A stretch of 64,000 bases of DNA from positions 22,754,001-22,818,000 of the forward strand of contig OX597827.1 in the NCBI GenBank assembly GCA_951406725.2, read 5' to 3'. The stretch comes from Octopus vulgaris (lineage: Eukaryota). The notes under the pieces are model-generated. The model made no database searches. It was not told the origin of the DNA and worked only from the letters and a program-made list of their open reading frames with translations. This document shows, piece after piece, positions 40,295-54,790 of this stretch; positions within the stretch are counted from its first letter, which is position 1; each line of letters opens with the position of its first letter. A program made the translations under genes and the position numbers.

Positions 40295-41167
40295 GATATA
40301 ATAAGGCTGTACCATGAGGTGTTCACAGCAGCAAATCATTGCCCATGAAGTAGGATTTTGACGACTTTGTGGTGTTAAGTTTTCATGATCAATCGGTGTT
40401 GCCTCCAACACACGTCAAAATGCTGCACATTCCTGTGTACACACACACACACACACAAATCTTTTACTTGTTTCAGTCATTAGACTGTGGCCATGCTGGG
40501 GCACCTCCTTGAAGAATTTAGCTGAGCAAATCGACCCCAGTTTGGTTTTGACTTTTTTTGTAAAGCCTGGTAGTTATTCTATCGATCTCTTTTGCTGAAT
40601 CACCCAATTTACGAGGACATAAACACACCAACACCAATTGCCAGGCGGTGGTGGTGAGACAAACACAGATACAAAGATACACCCATAGATGCATTTAAAT
40701 AAATACACATCACACTTTTTTACGAAATTTCAGATTTTATATTGTTGATATATGCGATGTGTGTCAGTATGTATGTGTACGAGTCTTTTATTCTTTCCTT
40801 TTTCTTATATTAAATTTCTATATAATTATAATTTACGCACTCCGAAAGGTATTTGTAATTTAAAAAAATGGAAAGAGAAACCCATTTTTTCCTGGAAATT
40901 ATGAGGAAACAAAACTAATTCGTATCAGTTTTTTTTTAAACTCCTCTCCCCCACCCACGGACAAACATTTTTCACTACGAATTCAGATATAAATGGAATT
41001 TACATCATCCGAAGCATATTTGTAGAAACTTTCATTAAAAAATATCCATTTTTCTGGAAGTTATGAGGAAACAAAGTTAGGGCGGAGGGCAAACTTTTGT
41101 AGGTATACATATTTGCGTACATGTGTAAATGTCGGTTGGATTACACACAAATGCATCGTATACCTAT

Positions 41168-41570
41168 TACTTTACTACCCACAAGGGGCTAAACACAGAG
41201 GGGACAAACAAGTACAGACAAACGGATTAAGTCGATTAGATCGAGCCCTTGCGTAACTGGTACTTATTTAATCGACCCCGAAAGGATGAAAGGCAAAGTC
41301 GACCTCGGCGGAATTTGAACTCAGAACGTAACGGCAGACGAAATACCTATTTCTTTACTACCCACAAGGGGCTAAACACAGAGAGGACAAACAAGGACAG
41401 ACAAACGGATTAAGTGGATTACATCGACCCCAATGCGTAACTGGTACTTATTTAATCGACCCCGAAAGGATGAAAGTCGCCCTCGGCGGAATTTGAACTC
41501 AGAACGTAACGGCAGACGAAATACTGCTAAGCATTTCGCCCGGCGTGCTAACGTTTCTGCCAGCTCGCCG
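41168..41570 (-). mobile_element. SINE family 1, dimer
   Basis: Reverse-complement junction GACGAAATACCTATTTCTTT at ~41337-41356. Confidence 0.8.
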
Positions 41571-42284
41571 TCGTATACCGTACAACTGTTCGTACATGTA
41601 CGTACGCACGTATACACTGGCGCGCTTGATAAGCGAGGACAATGAATGAAGTGGTGTGAATGGAAGGAAATGGCGCTGTTTAGCCTAGTCAGCATGTGGG
41701 ATTATGCGTTCGTGCGTGTGTGTGTATGCGTGTGTATGCCTGCGTGTACACGTTTCTGTATCAGTACGAATATGTATGTGTATTTTGCTTTTGTACACGG
41801 CTGGGTACTCAGTCATTAAGAAAGTGAAAATAAGTCAGTTTTGAAATTGAAATAAAATGTTATTCGTTTCGGTATAAAATAATAATAATAATAATGAAAT
41901 TATTGTATACAGTGCTCAGGTGCACCACAACTTGTCAAAAGTGCGTATAAAGCATATCATTCGAATATATTGTTATTTAAAATGTTTTGTGATATTTTGC
42001 CATATATTCAGAGTTTTAATGCTGTATATTAATTTCTAAAGGAGAACAAAGCGGTGAATTATATATATAACACGCAGATTGAAGAGTATGACGGGAGTAC
42101 AAACAAATATGATTGAATCCCATCCAAATGAGTTTCTTTAGAGGGACAAATGTGGGAAAACTGGGGATGAATGTTTTAAAAACATTCTAAAACATCTTGG
42201 TTTACTTTTGAATAACATTTTATTTCAATTTCAAAATTTGTTTTATTTTCTCTTTTCTTAATGACTAGCGTGGGTTTACTTTTC

Positions 42285-42723
42285 GGTCCTACTAGCGAAC
42301 AGTGGTCCCGGTGCGCGCACTCGCGCATCCGAGCTAGGTAGTCGTAAGTAGTCGATCCTACAACGACTTTTTAACCCTAACCCTAAACCTAAACCTAATT
42401 TTTTAACCTTAACCTTAACCCTAACCATAACCCTCACCTTAGTTTGTTTATAAGAATAATTTATTTATTTAGTTTAAAAAAATTGCTTTGCGTTTTATTT
42501 ATTTTGTTCGAAAAATATTTAATTTGTGTAAAAAAATTATTTACATTGTTTTAAAAAATAATATATTTACTTAGTTTAAAAAATTATTTACTTGCGTTTT
42601 ATTTACTTTGTTCGAAAAATATTATTTAATTTTCTTTGATATGTATTCAGCCTTGAAATACAAACATACACGCAAGTCGTTGTAGGATAGCGCGCACCGG
42701 GACCACTGTTCGCTAGTAGTACC
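42285..42723. mobile_element. MITE family B (GG ends, 8-bp TSD)
   Basis: TIR GGTCCTACTAGCGAACAGTGGTCCCGGTGCGCGC and its near-perfect complement; TSD TACTTTTC; internal TAACCC-like repeats. Confidence 0.9.
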
Positions 42724-42934
42724 TACTTTTCTTCATGACTCTCCATGGCTGTGCGCATGTGTTTGTGTGTAAACATTCGCATTTGTCACTGTCATTGTTG
42801 TTTGTTGTTTGTTCCAGATCTGTGTTGATCGAACAATTTTACATTAATGACATTCTACTTCAGACCACCTCGTCGTGTTTTGTTTTGTTTCGTGTTTTTT
42901 TTTCTACACACACAGCATCTGGGTCACCTTCATC

Positions 42935-43704
42935 GGCATAGTTTCGGTTGTAGTAGCACAGATTTCCGTCGATTTCCGTAAAAAACTTTTATTTTTTTAC
43001 ATAAGTAATGAGAGCGAAAGAGACTAAGAGGAAGCGATTTTACGACGAGAAGGTTTCACTTTGAAGTCGGCCTGTGTGTGTTTGATGGGGTGTGGGAGAC
43101 AGACAGTATGTTGTGTAAGTGAAGTGCTTCTGTTAGTGTGTGCGAAGAGACAGACATACATATACACATACACCGAGTACATACATACATACACACACAC
43201 ACATACATACATACACACACACACATACATACATACATACACACACACATACTTACACACACACACACATAGATACATACACACACACACATACATGCAG
43301 ACATACATATACACATACACCGAGTAAAAAATTACACTGAATCGACCATACATACATACACACATACATACATACACATACACACATACATAGATACATA
43401 CACACACACACATACATGCAGACATACATATACACATACACCGAGTAAAAAATCAGTTATCTCTCTCTTTCACACATTACTCTCTCTGTCTCTTCACACA
43501 CACTAACAGAAGCACTTCACTTACACAACATACTGTCTGTCTCCCACACCCCATCAAACACACACAGGCCGATTTCAAAGTGAAACCTTCTCGTCATAAA
43601 ATCGCTTCCTCTTAGTCTCTTTCGCTCTCATTACTTATGTAAAAAAATAAAAGTTTTTTACGGAAATCGACGGAAATCTGCGCTACGACATGCGAAACTT
43701 CGCC
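42935..43704. mobile_element. MITE family C (GG ends, about 215-bp TIRs, 8-bp TSD)
   Basis: 42935-43152 is inverted at about 43485-43704; TSD CCTTCATC on both sides. Confidence 0.9.
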
Positions 43705-44010
43705 CCTTCATCTAATGTGTCCCTGACCCTTGTTAAATTTCCTCCAACCACTTGAAGAGTTATTATTTTTCATCAGAATATTTTCAAAAGATGTAGTTTT
43801 GATGAAGTTTTCCATTCTGCTGACGAAAATCGCATTCATATTTTCTTTTTCGCGAAATTAATAATAAAGTTACTGACAGATAAAGATAGCTAATGTAATT
43901 TAAAAGGGAAATTTTGTTGCTATTTTTAGCAAGTCGAGCAGTCACGTAGAAGCTGTTTCTGTTTTGTTTGTGGGTGCTTGTTGCGTTTTGTTTGTAAATA
44001 ATCATGTGTG

Positions 44011-44378
44011 TGGAGGCGCAATGGCCCAGTGGTTAGGGAAGCGGACTCGCGGTCGTAGGATCGCGGTTTCGATTCCCAGACCGGGCGTTGTGAGTGTTTA
44101 TTGAGTAAAAACACCTAAAGCTCCACAAGGCTCCGGCAGGGGATGGTGGCAAACCCTGCTGTACTCTTTCACCACAACATTCTCTCACTCTTTCTTCCTG
44201 TTTCTATTGTACCTGTATTTCACACTGTGTCACGCTGACCCCCACCCCCCCAAGGACTACGTTAAGGATACACGTGTCTGTGGAGTACTCAGTCACTTAC
44301 ACGTTAATTTCACGAGCAGGCTGTTCCGTTGATCGGATCAACTTGAACGCTCGTCGTCGCAACCGACGGAGTGTTGGC
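44011..44378 (+). mobile_element. SINE with family 3 head and family 4 tail
   Basis: Head nearly identical to the 31996 copy; tail CACGAGCAGGCTGTTCCGTTGATCGGATCAAC matches family 4 copies. Confidence 0.75.
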
Positions 44379-45468
44379 TTCATGATGAAGATATTCAGCT
44401 CACGATCGTAAAGCTGAGTTCGATACCTGGCAGCGCGTTGTCCTTGAGCAAGACTACTCTTCAGCGTGGGAAATACCAACCAGTTAAGAGAACAGGTGTC
44501 CGTGGTATACTCAGCCACTTGCATTTAAACATTGAAACCGATGATTTACAGCGGTTTTAATTTTTTAATTTTTAGCACTGAGTAGTAGGCAAAAGTCGGT
44601 CTCTGAATAGAGCTATGACAAAAGATGTTCCAGTCGTGGCCAGCTCCTCTTTCACTTAGATACAGCGCCCGAATATATTGTTTTCATTTTAAGATAGTGT
44701 GGTTTGATTTGAGGGAGATTTGACTGCTGTTTCTAGCATGTCGATAGACACTGTGGGGCAAGACCCACCACCACCACCACAACACCCATCTCTGCTTGCA
44801 TGTGTCCGCGATAAAAGTATTGCAGGTTGGACTTTTAAGAACATGTGCCGAACTGAAATACATACAGTAGAAACTCATAGATGGTCCCCTGATCTGCTAG
44901 AAATAGCTGAGAAACCTTCTTCAAATCATACCTTACAGTATAAAACACCCACACACACACACAAAATAAAAAAACAAGACATATTACTCTATATCTAGCA
45001 AAGCACAGGGTGGTCCTGAGTATGATGCTTTAGATAAGAAGGCGCGTAGCTAAGTGGTTAGGGTATTCCGCTCATGATCGCAAGGTGGTGAGTTCGAAAG
45101 CGGCCGGCCTGTTGTGTCCTTAAGCAAGACACTTTATTTCACGCTGCTCCAGTCCACTCGGCTGGAAAGGATGAATTATACCTGTAATCCGTGTAATGTG
45201 ACAAGGACCAGCCTTGTCACATTCCGTGTCATACTGAATCTCCCTGAAAACTACGTAAAGGGCACGCGTTTCTGTGGAGTGATCAGTCACTTGTACGTTG
45301 ATTTCACGAGCAGACTCTTCCGTCGATGAGATCAACTGGAACACTCGTCGTTGTACTGTCGTGTTAAATATTCTCCTCAGAGTAGAAGTTTACATTTTGT
45401 TGGAACTTTCGAAGTTCCAGTAAAGTTCAAAGTACGGCAAAGAACGGTCATCAGAGGGAGAATATGTG

Positions 45469-45530
<62 letters not shown>

Positions 45531-45779
45531 ACGGAGAATTTGTTGTTAGAAGGGAAAAAGCAAATGTTTCAGACATTGTCCTTCTTCAGGGAAAAGTTGA
45601 AAGGAAAGGGCGTAAAACTCTGAATGTTATTTTAGCAAGTTTAAAGTGATTTCTTTTGTGCTGTAAGCCAATTACCATTTCTGCGGTGCCCTCCATTTCC
45701 CTTGATGCGCTAAGCACATGCCTATTTTGCTTAATGGTTAATCCAGCGCTGTCTTCCACTTTGAAATTTCTTGCTGTGA

Positions 45780-46135
45780 TTATAAACGACTATCCAATTT
45801 TCCGAATGCATCACTAACTTTCTTGATTCGGAGGGAAGTTTCAACACCAAGAGCATTTGTCATGTTCACTGCCTGAATACACGAATTTATCCACAACCTG
45901 CAATGTCTGTCCATACGAATAAATGTTGGGCTCAGAGAAGGCTTTACCTGGTTCAGGTAGATATATCATGACTGTTTTGTTTTTCTTTGTATTCAGGCTG
46001 GCTGTTAGATCCAATGCACTGCACGTTGTTGCTGTGAAAGAGTTTACAAAATGCTGCATGTCACTCTTAAAGTGAGCAACAAGATCACAGCCGCCGGCAG
46101 ACAGGAACTCGCATATTAGAGATGAGATCATCATT
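45780..46135 (-). mobile_element. RTE-type LINE reverse transcriptase fragment
   Basis: LICEFLSAGGCDLVAH (degenerate FADD), DMQHFVNSF, KTVMIY, LQVVDKFVYSGS. Confidence 0.7.
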
Positions 46136-47754
46136 GTTTTGGCAGCGGCGTTCTGTATTAAACACCCTGACTATTGTTCAATATCTGATCTCGATCCCAC
46201 GTATTCTTTTATTCGTTCGCTTGTTTCACTCATCAGACTACGGCCATACTGGGGCACTGTTTTGAAAAATTTTGGTCAAACGAATCTACCACAATTCTCA
46301 TTTTTTTTTAAAGGCTTGTACTTATTCTATCCGTCTCTTTCAACGAACCGCTACGTTACGGAGACGTAATCACGCCAACACTAGTTTTAGCCAATAGTGA
46401 AAGACAAAAACAGGCACAAAGACACACATATACATACATATAAACACATATATACATAAGATGGACTTCTTTCAGTTTCCGTCTACCAAATCCACTGACA
46501 AGGCTTTGGTCGGCTCAAGGCTATTGTAGAAGACACCCACTTAAGGTGGCATACAGTGGAACTGAACCCGGAACCATGTGGTGGGGAAGCAGCGATGTTG
46601 TCGAGAAGACTGTTTCATTAGGATCCTACGCAACACCTTGTCTCCAACAGAGAGAAGAAATATTCCTCGATAATTCCCAAAGTCATATACCTACGTTTCC
46701 CTTTACAGAGAACCACCACCAGCACATCTTTCCAACCATTTCGGACACTCTCTTCAGTTCAAACTTTTGGCATGAATTATTTAGACGTTGAAGCAGGTTT
46801 TCAACACCACATTTCAAGATGTTCACACAGATGATCCCAGGCGACTTGCCACACGTTAACTCTTTTTTTTTTTTACAGCATTTGCATCATCATCACAACC
46901 ATCTTCCTTTTATATCTTCATCCTCCTTGTTACTTTCTCATGCAATGTTGGTTAGCTGGGTATCTCCTCTATAGCAAGACACTTGCATTTGTCCTGCTGT
47001 CATACTTTAGCATCTCAGCAGCTAGCATAACGTCACCTCCCCCTTCTTAATATGTCCCCTACTTAGTCGTAGGGGTTTCTTCTCTTGCCTGTTCTTTTCT
47101 GGCTGGCAAGATACACGGCGACCTTACCGGTGCTGGTGATATAAAAGAACCACCCAATTCACACTGTAAAGTGGTTAGCGTTACGAAGGGCACCCAACCG
47201 TGAAGACATGCCTAAGCTGACATTGAGGGGTCAGTGCAGCCCTGAGGCTTGCTGGATCCTGTCAAATCGTCCAACCCATGCCAGCATGGAAAATGGACTT
47301 TAAACGACTTCGACGACGACGATGATATACAAACACTCAGATCCATGGTGCTGATCTTAGAAGCATCCGGGCAGGTGGTTTCATCAAAGCTCTTCATCCC
47401 CTGAGAAGACTCATTTAGCGGAATCGTTTCAGTTTTGAGCCTTGCGGTATTTGTTCCGACTATCTTGGCTTTGAGTTCAAATCCCGCTGAAGCCAACTTT
47501 GTCTTTCGCCTTTTCGGAGTCAATACAAAATCAGCCATTCCAAGTCGGTGAACTAGCGCAACTGTTAAAGGGTCGGTACGAAAAGTCTGGCAATGTATTG
47601 CCCAGCCCTTTGGCTTCCGACATGAACGCCTGTGACGATACTGGCGCCAAGCTGTATCAGCCAGAGTTGGCAGTCTTTCCATCTTGGATAAACATAGATG
47701 GCGTGGAGAGGGAAGACCAACATGTGCAGGGCAACTGCTGGTCTTCTTCAACAA

Positions 47755-47805
<51 letters not shown>

Positions 47806-48099
47806 AAATTCGGTATCTGCTTGGATATTATATCACTCTTCTTACTATATATATATATGATAAATATGATATCTATCTTTCTATCTATCTATATATATAT
47901 CTATCTATCTGTCTATCTATCTCCATATATATATATATATATATATCATGCTACGTGAAAAATGCATAAAAGTGCCCACCCCCACCCGCCTGGCTTACGT
48001 GTGTGTGTGTGTGTGTGTACGTACGCACATACATATATGGCTACACGTGAAGCACCAAAGCAAACAGTTGGACGAACACGAAAACCGTTTAAAGTTGTT

Positions 48100-48330
48100 T
48101 TAGATGTATGCAAATGAGAGGTGTTCCATGCGAACCAATGGAAAGTTCTGTAACAAATGTCACTCGATGTCGTCGTCTGCCGTCGAAGAAAGTCTTTTTC
48201 TTCCTCGTAGCCGTGCTACCATGTTAGCTCAGCAACAACCAATGAAATCGCGTGTCTTGGAGCCACGATGGAAAGCGTCATTGTTGTCGACCAATCAAAT
48301 CGCCGTGTTATGTTGTTGCTGTCATTTTCT
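48100..48330 (+). promoter_or_regulatory. Candidate PDCD4 promoter with three CCAAT (NF-Y type) boxes
   Basis: AACCAATGG (~48133), AACCAATGA (~48237) and GACCAATCA (~48289) lie in the same orientation in a CpG-retaining unique stretch about 8.7 kb upstream of the coding exon. Confidence 0.5.
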
Positions 48331-49121
48331 ATTATTACTACAAGAGTGAATGTTTTATTATTGAGTGTGTGTGCTGGTAGTAAACAACGGAGTTGTTGCC
48401 TTTACATACCTGCACAATTTAGTTTTGGTGGCCTATGTGCGGACTGAGGCAGAATATTTAGTTCGAATGTGGAGTTGAACTGTAGTGGAGTGGAGTTGGG
48501 TAACAACGAACTGAAGTGTGGAGTTTAGTTAACGATAACAACAACAACAACATAGCCTGGAGTGTGGAGTCTCACTGCAGCATCAGCAGCAACAACGCAT
48601 TGAGTGAAGTGTAGCTGCAACAACAACAACAACACTGTGGTGTCTAGCTGCAGCAATTAACAACAACAACAACATTGACTCGAGTGTGGAGTAGCACTTT
48701 GACTGAAGTGTGGAGTGAAGCCAAAAACTGAGAGCTTTGAAGTGCTTAAAGAACAAGGCAAGTGGAATTGGTGTGACTTGAGCGTTGTTTGTGTTTTTGT
48801 CTTTGGAGTTTTGTTTTGTTTTTGTTTCAGAAAGCAGCGAATTTCAACTGCCATAAAAATAGGTTGGTCGGTCGAGGGAGAGACATTGACAACGGACAGA
48901 CGAAAGGAGACAGCCGCTTGACATGTGGGATCAGCTACATTAAATAGGGAACGAGGGGTATATAAATATTATATATATATACACAAGGATATTGTTATTA
49001 ATTGCATGTGTGTGTGTATATTATTTATGATGTATATATGCCCGTGTTGACTGAGTTATAATAAATATAGAAAGGCGCAGTGATAAAAAACAACAAAAAC
49101 AAACATGATAATACTAGACCC
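48330..49121 (+). other. Candidate non-coding 5' UTR exon(s) of PDCD4
   Basis: Transposon-free sequence just downstream of the CCAAT cluster, ending at a consensus donor C|GTAAGT (49122). The coding exon begins with an acceptor upstream of its ATG, so an upstream exon is required. The start site is not determinable. Confidence 0.4.
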
Positions 49122-51121
49122 GTAAGTAGACATACGGTTCAGATTTAGAAATAAATTATAGGGGCAAAAGTGAGTGGCAAATATAGAAGACAGGGGTATA
49201 AATGAGAGAGAGAGGGTGTTGAGAAGCTAGAAATAGATAGAGGGGTTTGTTGAGAAGAAGGCAGACATAAACATGGAGGAGGTGGAGGCGGGTGTTGTGG
49301 TGAAATGGCAGACGTAAACAATGAGAATGGCGATGAGAGGAGGAATGGAATAGACAACACAAGTTGATGTGAAGATGATGGTTGTAAATGAATGCAGAAG
49401 TTGACAGCCATGGAGATTATTGAAGGCGGAGAGAGAGAGAGAATAACAAGTTTAAGTTATAATAGTCAGCAGTTGTGGTTAAATGTGAGAAATAAAAAAG
49501 ACAATACACGCATCTATATCTATATATTATATATATATACTTTAACAAGGATAGTTGTTTGACAGTGACTTCGAATTTTCAGCCTGTTTGGCCTTGGAAG
49601 TCCCTGCCAACACTATTCTCTTGTCAACGAATAATAAATATGTTCTCTACAAAAAGTATTGAGTCATTCCCCACTTCAATGTAAAATTGTTTTCATTTGA
49701 ACTCGACATAATATACATGTATGTATATGTATACACATCCCTCTCTCTCATATATATATAAGTTCAGCAAAATTTAGATTCAGATGAATATGGTACTTAA
49801 GTTGAATGCAGAAGGCACCAGAATTTTGTATTATCCATATAAATCAAATGGGGTGAGTATATATATATATATATATATATATGAATATGAGAGAGATAGA
49901 GAGAGCATTAATGACAGATGCCCTAGACTTTTTCTCATAACTTTCTTTAAAATGCAAATAATTTAATGAAATTTTTGCAGAAATACTTTTACAGAGAAAA
50001 TAGATTTATATAATGTTGATGTTTCAAACATATAAATCTATGGGGTAGGTTGCTAAATTTACTAATGTTGGTGATAAGAAAATGGGTGGGGAAGAAAGGT
50101 TGGAAACTAAAAAAAAAAAAAAAAAATTCCTAAAATTTATCATCCTAGTCGTAATGTCCACCTTCGAAAACGGTCAAGTGTTATAGAGTTGGAAACTATG
50201 GAGTGCCCCCAAAACCTAATTTCTTCAGGGTTCCATTGGTTTTTTGAACATCTGCAAAAGTCTTTTGAGAAGACAGAAGTCTCTTTTGTAAATTTCTACT
50301 TTTTCTTTTTAAATCTGATTTTTTTTTTCAGTTTCTATTTCTGTCTTCTGAAATTATAATTCTTATACATTGTGTAAAAAAAAATTTAACTTTACAGAAA
50401 AGTCTCAAAATTGAAAATTGACGGAAAAAAAGCTGTGTGGCGGGAGGGAGGGAATTTTTTTATTTAAAAAATTTCTTTTTCAAATTCAAGAGATCTTGGA
50501 AATCTACGATGGTAAAAACAGAAAGGGAAGAAATTAAGATTCGAAGGAAAGATTGTGTTTGGCGCACTAGAGAATTTGCGAATCTTAAGGAATCCTGCAA
50601 AATTTCGTTATGAAAGTATAAATTTGTCAGAGATCAACGGGGCATCAATCTGTAATTATGATTGTGTGTGTGTATAGGGAGAGAGAGATTATAATTAATG
50701 TAAGAGTTGTGAAGTATGTTAAAATATATTTTACATGTTTAACATGCAACAAACATCTTATCCGGCAGTCTGGGATGGCTTTTACTCCCTTCTCGTTCTG
50801 GGATGTTCAAACGCCCCAATCAAGGCCGAAACTCCTGACTCTCTGCATGTGTTTGTGTGTAAGCATATATATATGTATATACATGCGTGTGTGTGTGTGT
50901 ATATATATATGTATCGTTTATTATTATTTCTTTTGTTTTAATCATTGGACTGAGGCCATGCTGGAGCACCGCTTTGTATTCAGTCGAACAAAGCGAACTG
51001 GGTACTTTTTTTTTCCAGTTTGGTATTTATTCTGTCGATCTCTCCTCCGAACATCTCAGTTACGAGGTCGTAAACAAACCACAGCCAGTTGTCAAGTGGT
51101 GGAGGTGAACACACACACACA

Positions 51122-51154
<33 letters not shown>

Positions 51155-52832
51155 GAGTGTAGAATAACAGGAGGCTGCTGTTTACTCGGGTATGGTGAGG
51201 TATACACGAGGAATAAGCAGACAATTGAGAAGTGCACAGCCTGTATTTGAAACTGTATAAACATCGTTAATTTACAACAACAGACTCAAACTCTGTGTGT
51301 TTATATGTGTATGTGTGTGCGTGCGTAGTGTACATATTTGTTATTTATTTCGTCATCACTATCTTTGGTGCTGTATTACTTCCATGAAGGAAAACAGAGA
51401 GGAAAGTCGGGGAAGTAATATTTAATACGAATAATTGGTTAATTATTGTTTTTTTTTCTTCCTGAAATATCTCTTAATAAAGGTGATGAGTTGTCAGAAT
51501 TGCTATTTAGTGGCACATCTTTGCATTCTAGTTCAAATTCCACGCTTGTCCGCTCTAATTTCTTCCTTTGGTGGTTATTAAAGTACTTGGAGTCGTTAAA
51601 ATCGGCCAGACCTCTCTCCGCCCATAATATGACGTAAGACTATATATATATACATATACACACATACACACACATGCAAATATATATTTGTGGGTTAGTA
51701 TATAAACAGGGATTTATTTATTTATTTATATTAAGCCACAATAACAATATTATTGAAAAGAAAGAGGAAATACTGTGGGCGGAGAAGAAATTTAATCGCT
51801 CCATCTCGCTTATAGCTATTGACACACTCACTCGCGCGCATTTAATGCACACACACACACACACACATCGTTGAGATGTACACAAATATAAACACTGATG
51901 CCTGTGTATTTAGTACACACTCACACGACAGCACTTGCAAACCTGCGTGTAGAACAACACATCAGTACATATATCTCTTTAAACACAGTCACGTCTATGA
52001 ACGAACATGTCTGTGGAGCATATAATAAACTTGTACTTTTATATAGCATTCGTAAACACACCCACACCTTCCCTGTGACATAAACAAGTGTTATTGTTTT
52101 CATAATTTATCTTTCTCCTAATATTTTAATTGGTATTTTGTGAGGCTGCATTGAATAATGGAGTGATACTTAGTCGGCCGTTGGAAGGGCACTGCTGGTG
52201 TGGTGGTACTGTATGGATTGGTGGTTGCCCTTCTCTTCTTTCGCACTGTACAGTGGCACAGTGCCGGCCGTCGTGGCGGCACAGAACTCAGTCTTAGCAT
52301 GATGGTGGTGTAGTGTATTGGCTGATGGTTTTTTTTTTTATAACTTACAAACCGTACATGTAGACACTTACATGGCGATCCTTCGGTATTGATCTATAGA
52401 GTATTGGTATGAGGAGACGACGTCATTCACCCTCTTTTTCAGTTATGTCATGAGGGAAGGTTGTGTGAGTGAATGACGTCGTGTACCAATACCGAAAGAT
52501 TGCCACTTGGACGTGAGAGAGAGAAGCTGAAAATATTGAGGCTTGTCAATTGTTCAGAGGCCTGGATTGGATTGGATTGCAAATCTCAGTGTCAGGTAGA
52601 AATCATGATGGTGGGGAACTGTTCATTTGGAAAGAGAGAGAGTAACCCACTTTTCTCAATGACAACAACAAGAAGGAGACCTGGCAGTGTTAGTACGAGA
52701 AATTGCGGAATGAGTGTGTGGGCGAGATAAGGCCTACTGCAAGTAGACCCAATAAAGAGACCAGCTATTGAATTAAACAGCTATATGGTTGAACTTGTGA
52801 TTAATGATATGAAGGCCAAGAAAGCAGCTAGA

Positions 52833-53014
52833 TCGGTGATTCTCATTTTCCTCTGCTGGACTCCATAGCCATTCAATGCTTTAAAAAATCCCATTAGATA
52901 TTTATAATTAAATATGATAAAAAATATTTTGTGCATTGTAGAAGTCTGTAACAAATTTATTGCACATAAAGTTTGGCAACAAAATCCTATATGGAACCCA
53001 GTTGAGAAGCGCTG
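52833..53014. mobile_element. Possible hAT/Charlie-type MITE
   Basis: Ends CGGTGATTCTCA / TGAGAAGCGCTG resemble CAGNGNTTCTCAA TIRs. Confidence 0.4.
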
Positions 53015-54621
53015 AGCTAAAGCATCATGGATAGTTATTGAGAGGCTGAAAATATCTGAATGACAGATGCTAGTCCTTTGCATCGTCAGAAAGAAGAAGG
53101 TATCATACTGACTCATCATCAGTTGCTACAAGCTAGCCTAGGAAGAAGCCAACTATGAAATGGATGGACAGGAAGAGTTTTAGTAGGTGTTTGGATCAGT
53201 TACTACTAATGCCCTCTTCCTAGCGGAGCAACTACAGAAATTATTAGCTACAAGAACACCACCACCACCATCTGTCATTCATTGACCTGGTGAAGGCCTT
53301 TCTTTGACACGGTGACTCTGCTCAGTGGTCTCTAAGAAACTTGATGTAAAGGAAAGGCTTTTTAGAATTGTTGCATGCCACGTAAGGAGATGTCACCAGC
53401 AAGGTGAGAGAGTTAGCAATAAGTAAGGAATTTGGCCTACAGTTAAGTATCTATTGAGGGGTTAGTCCTCTAACCCCCTGCTTCTTCAGGTCATAAGAGG
53501 AGTTGTTTTTTGAGCTTGTGTGTGCTGGTTACCGAGTTCTCATAAGTTGTTGACTTAGAGAAGAAATTTCAAACATGGAGTATCGTCTGACTGGCTCCCC
53601 ATGCTGGCAGCATGTAAAAGGCATCATCTGAACATGGTCGATGCCATCCCCCCCTGCCCTGACTGGCTCCTGTGCCAGTAGCATATAAAAAGCATCATCT
53701 GAACGTAACCGATTCCAGGGCCGCCGTGCTGGTGGCATGTAAAAGGCACCCACTACACTCGGAGTGGTTGGCACTAGGAAAGGCATCCAGCTGTAGAAAC
53801 AATATTGCCAGGTCAGATTGGGAGCCTGGTTCGACCTCCTGGCTTGCAAGTCCCCAGTCAAACCGTCCAACACATGCCAGCATGGAAAACGGACATTGAA
53901 CAATGATGATGATGGTAGAGATAAAGTATGGGATTGTTCTGCCTACAGATGAGAAATAGATTGGAATTCTGTACTCTGTTCTCTGTGCATAAATTGTGTG
54001 CAAGAAGTGAGGTGGAATGATGGGCAGGTTACCGGGAAGACTTTGTAGATGACAGATGGACTGGAGCAGGTAATAGTGACATTGACCAATGAAGTTTTTT
54101 TGAAATGCTTTGAAGGTTCCTTAGAAGTAGTTGATGGCATTTGTTGATGACCTGAATAGCTGTGAAAGTGTTCTCTGAAAGAATAATATTCTGCCTCCAT
54201 CAGTTATGATGACGAGTGTTCCAGCTGATCCGATCAACAGAACAGCCTGCTCGTGGAATTTATGTGCAAGTGGTTCTCAGAGATTCAGTGTGACACAGCA
54301 TGTGATGAGGCTGGCCCTTTGGAGTACAGGCAGCTGAGTGAACTAGAAGCAACATGAAATAAAGTGTCTTGCTCAAGAACACAATGCACCATTGGAAATC
54401 CAACTCTCAGTTTTGCAGTTGTGAGCGAAATACCCTAACCACTAAGTCACATCCCTTTGCTATCCTGTCTAAAATTGGAGGAGGGAAACCTGGTTCTTTC
54501 CATGTGAAGGGTAGATTGCATAAAATGCAATGCTGCTTATCAGTGGAGTTAGAAGCATTTATTGTGTTCCTAGAGTTTGAGTTGCTAAAACTACTGACAG
54601 GCTTACTAAATATAAATTGTA

Positions 54622-54790
54622 ATTATTAATCAGATCACTGTCTGGAATCGAACTTGGAATCTTGTGGTTAGTAGCCAGCGCTCTTAACCACTATGCCATA
54701 TGCCCACTAGCATATGGTGTAGTAGTTAAGAGCGCAGGCTACTAACCCTAAGATTTCTAGTTCGATTCCAGGCAGTGACCTAAATAATAA
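54622..54790. mobile_element. Head-to-head palindrome of tRNA-Ile-like Pol III heads; partial third copy at ~55311-55387
   Basis: Each arm has A box TGG(C/T)(G/A)TAGT(G/A)G, loop CTACTAA and B box GTTCGATTCC. Confidence 0.75.

Noticed and set aside
42372-42442. True telomere or chromosome fusion scar
   Set aside because: Short degenerate TAACCC runs lie inside a MITE with TIRs and a TSD.
54710-54780. Functional tRNA gene with ACT anticodon
   Set aside because: The acceptor stem does not pair, there is no oligo-T terminator, and it is part of a repeated palindromic element.
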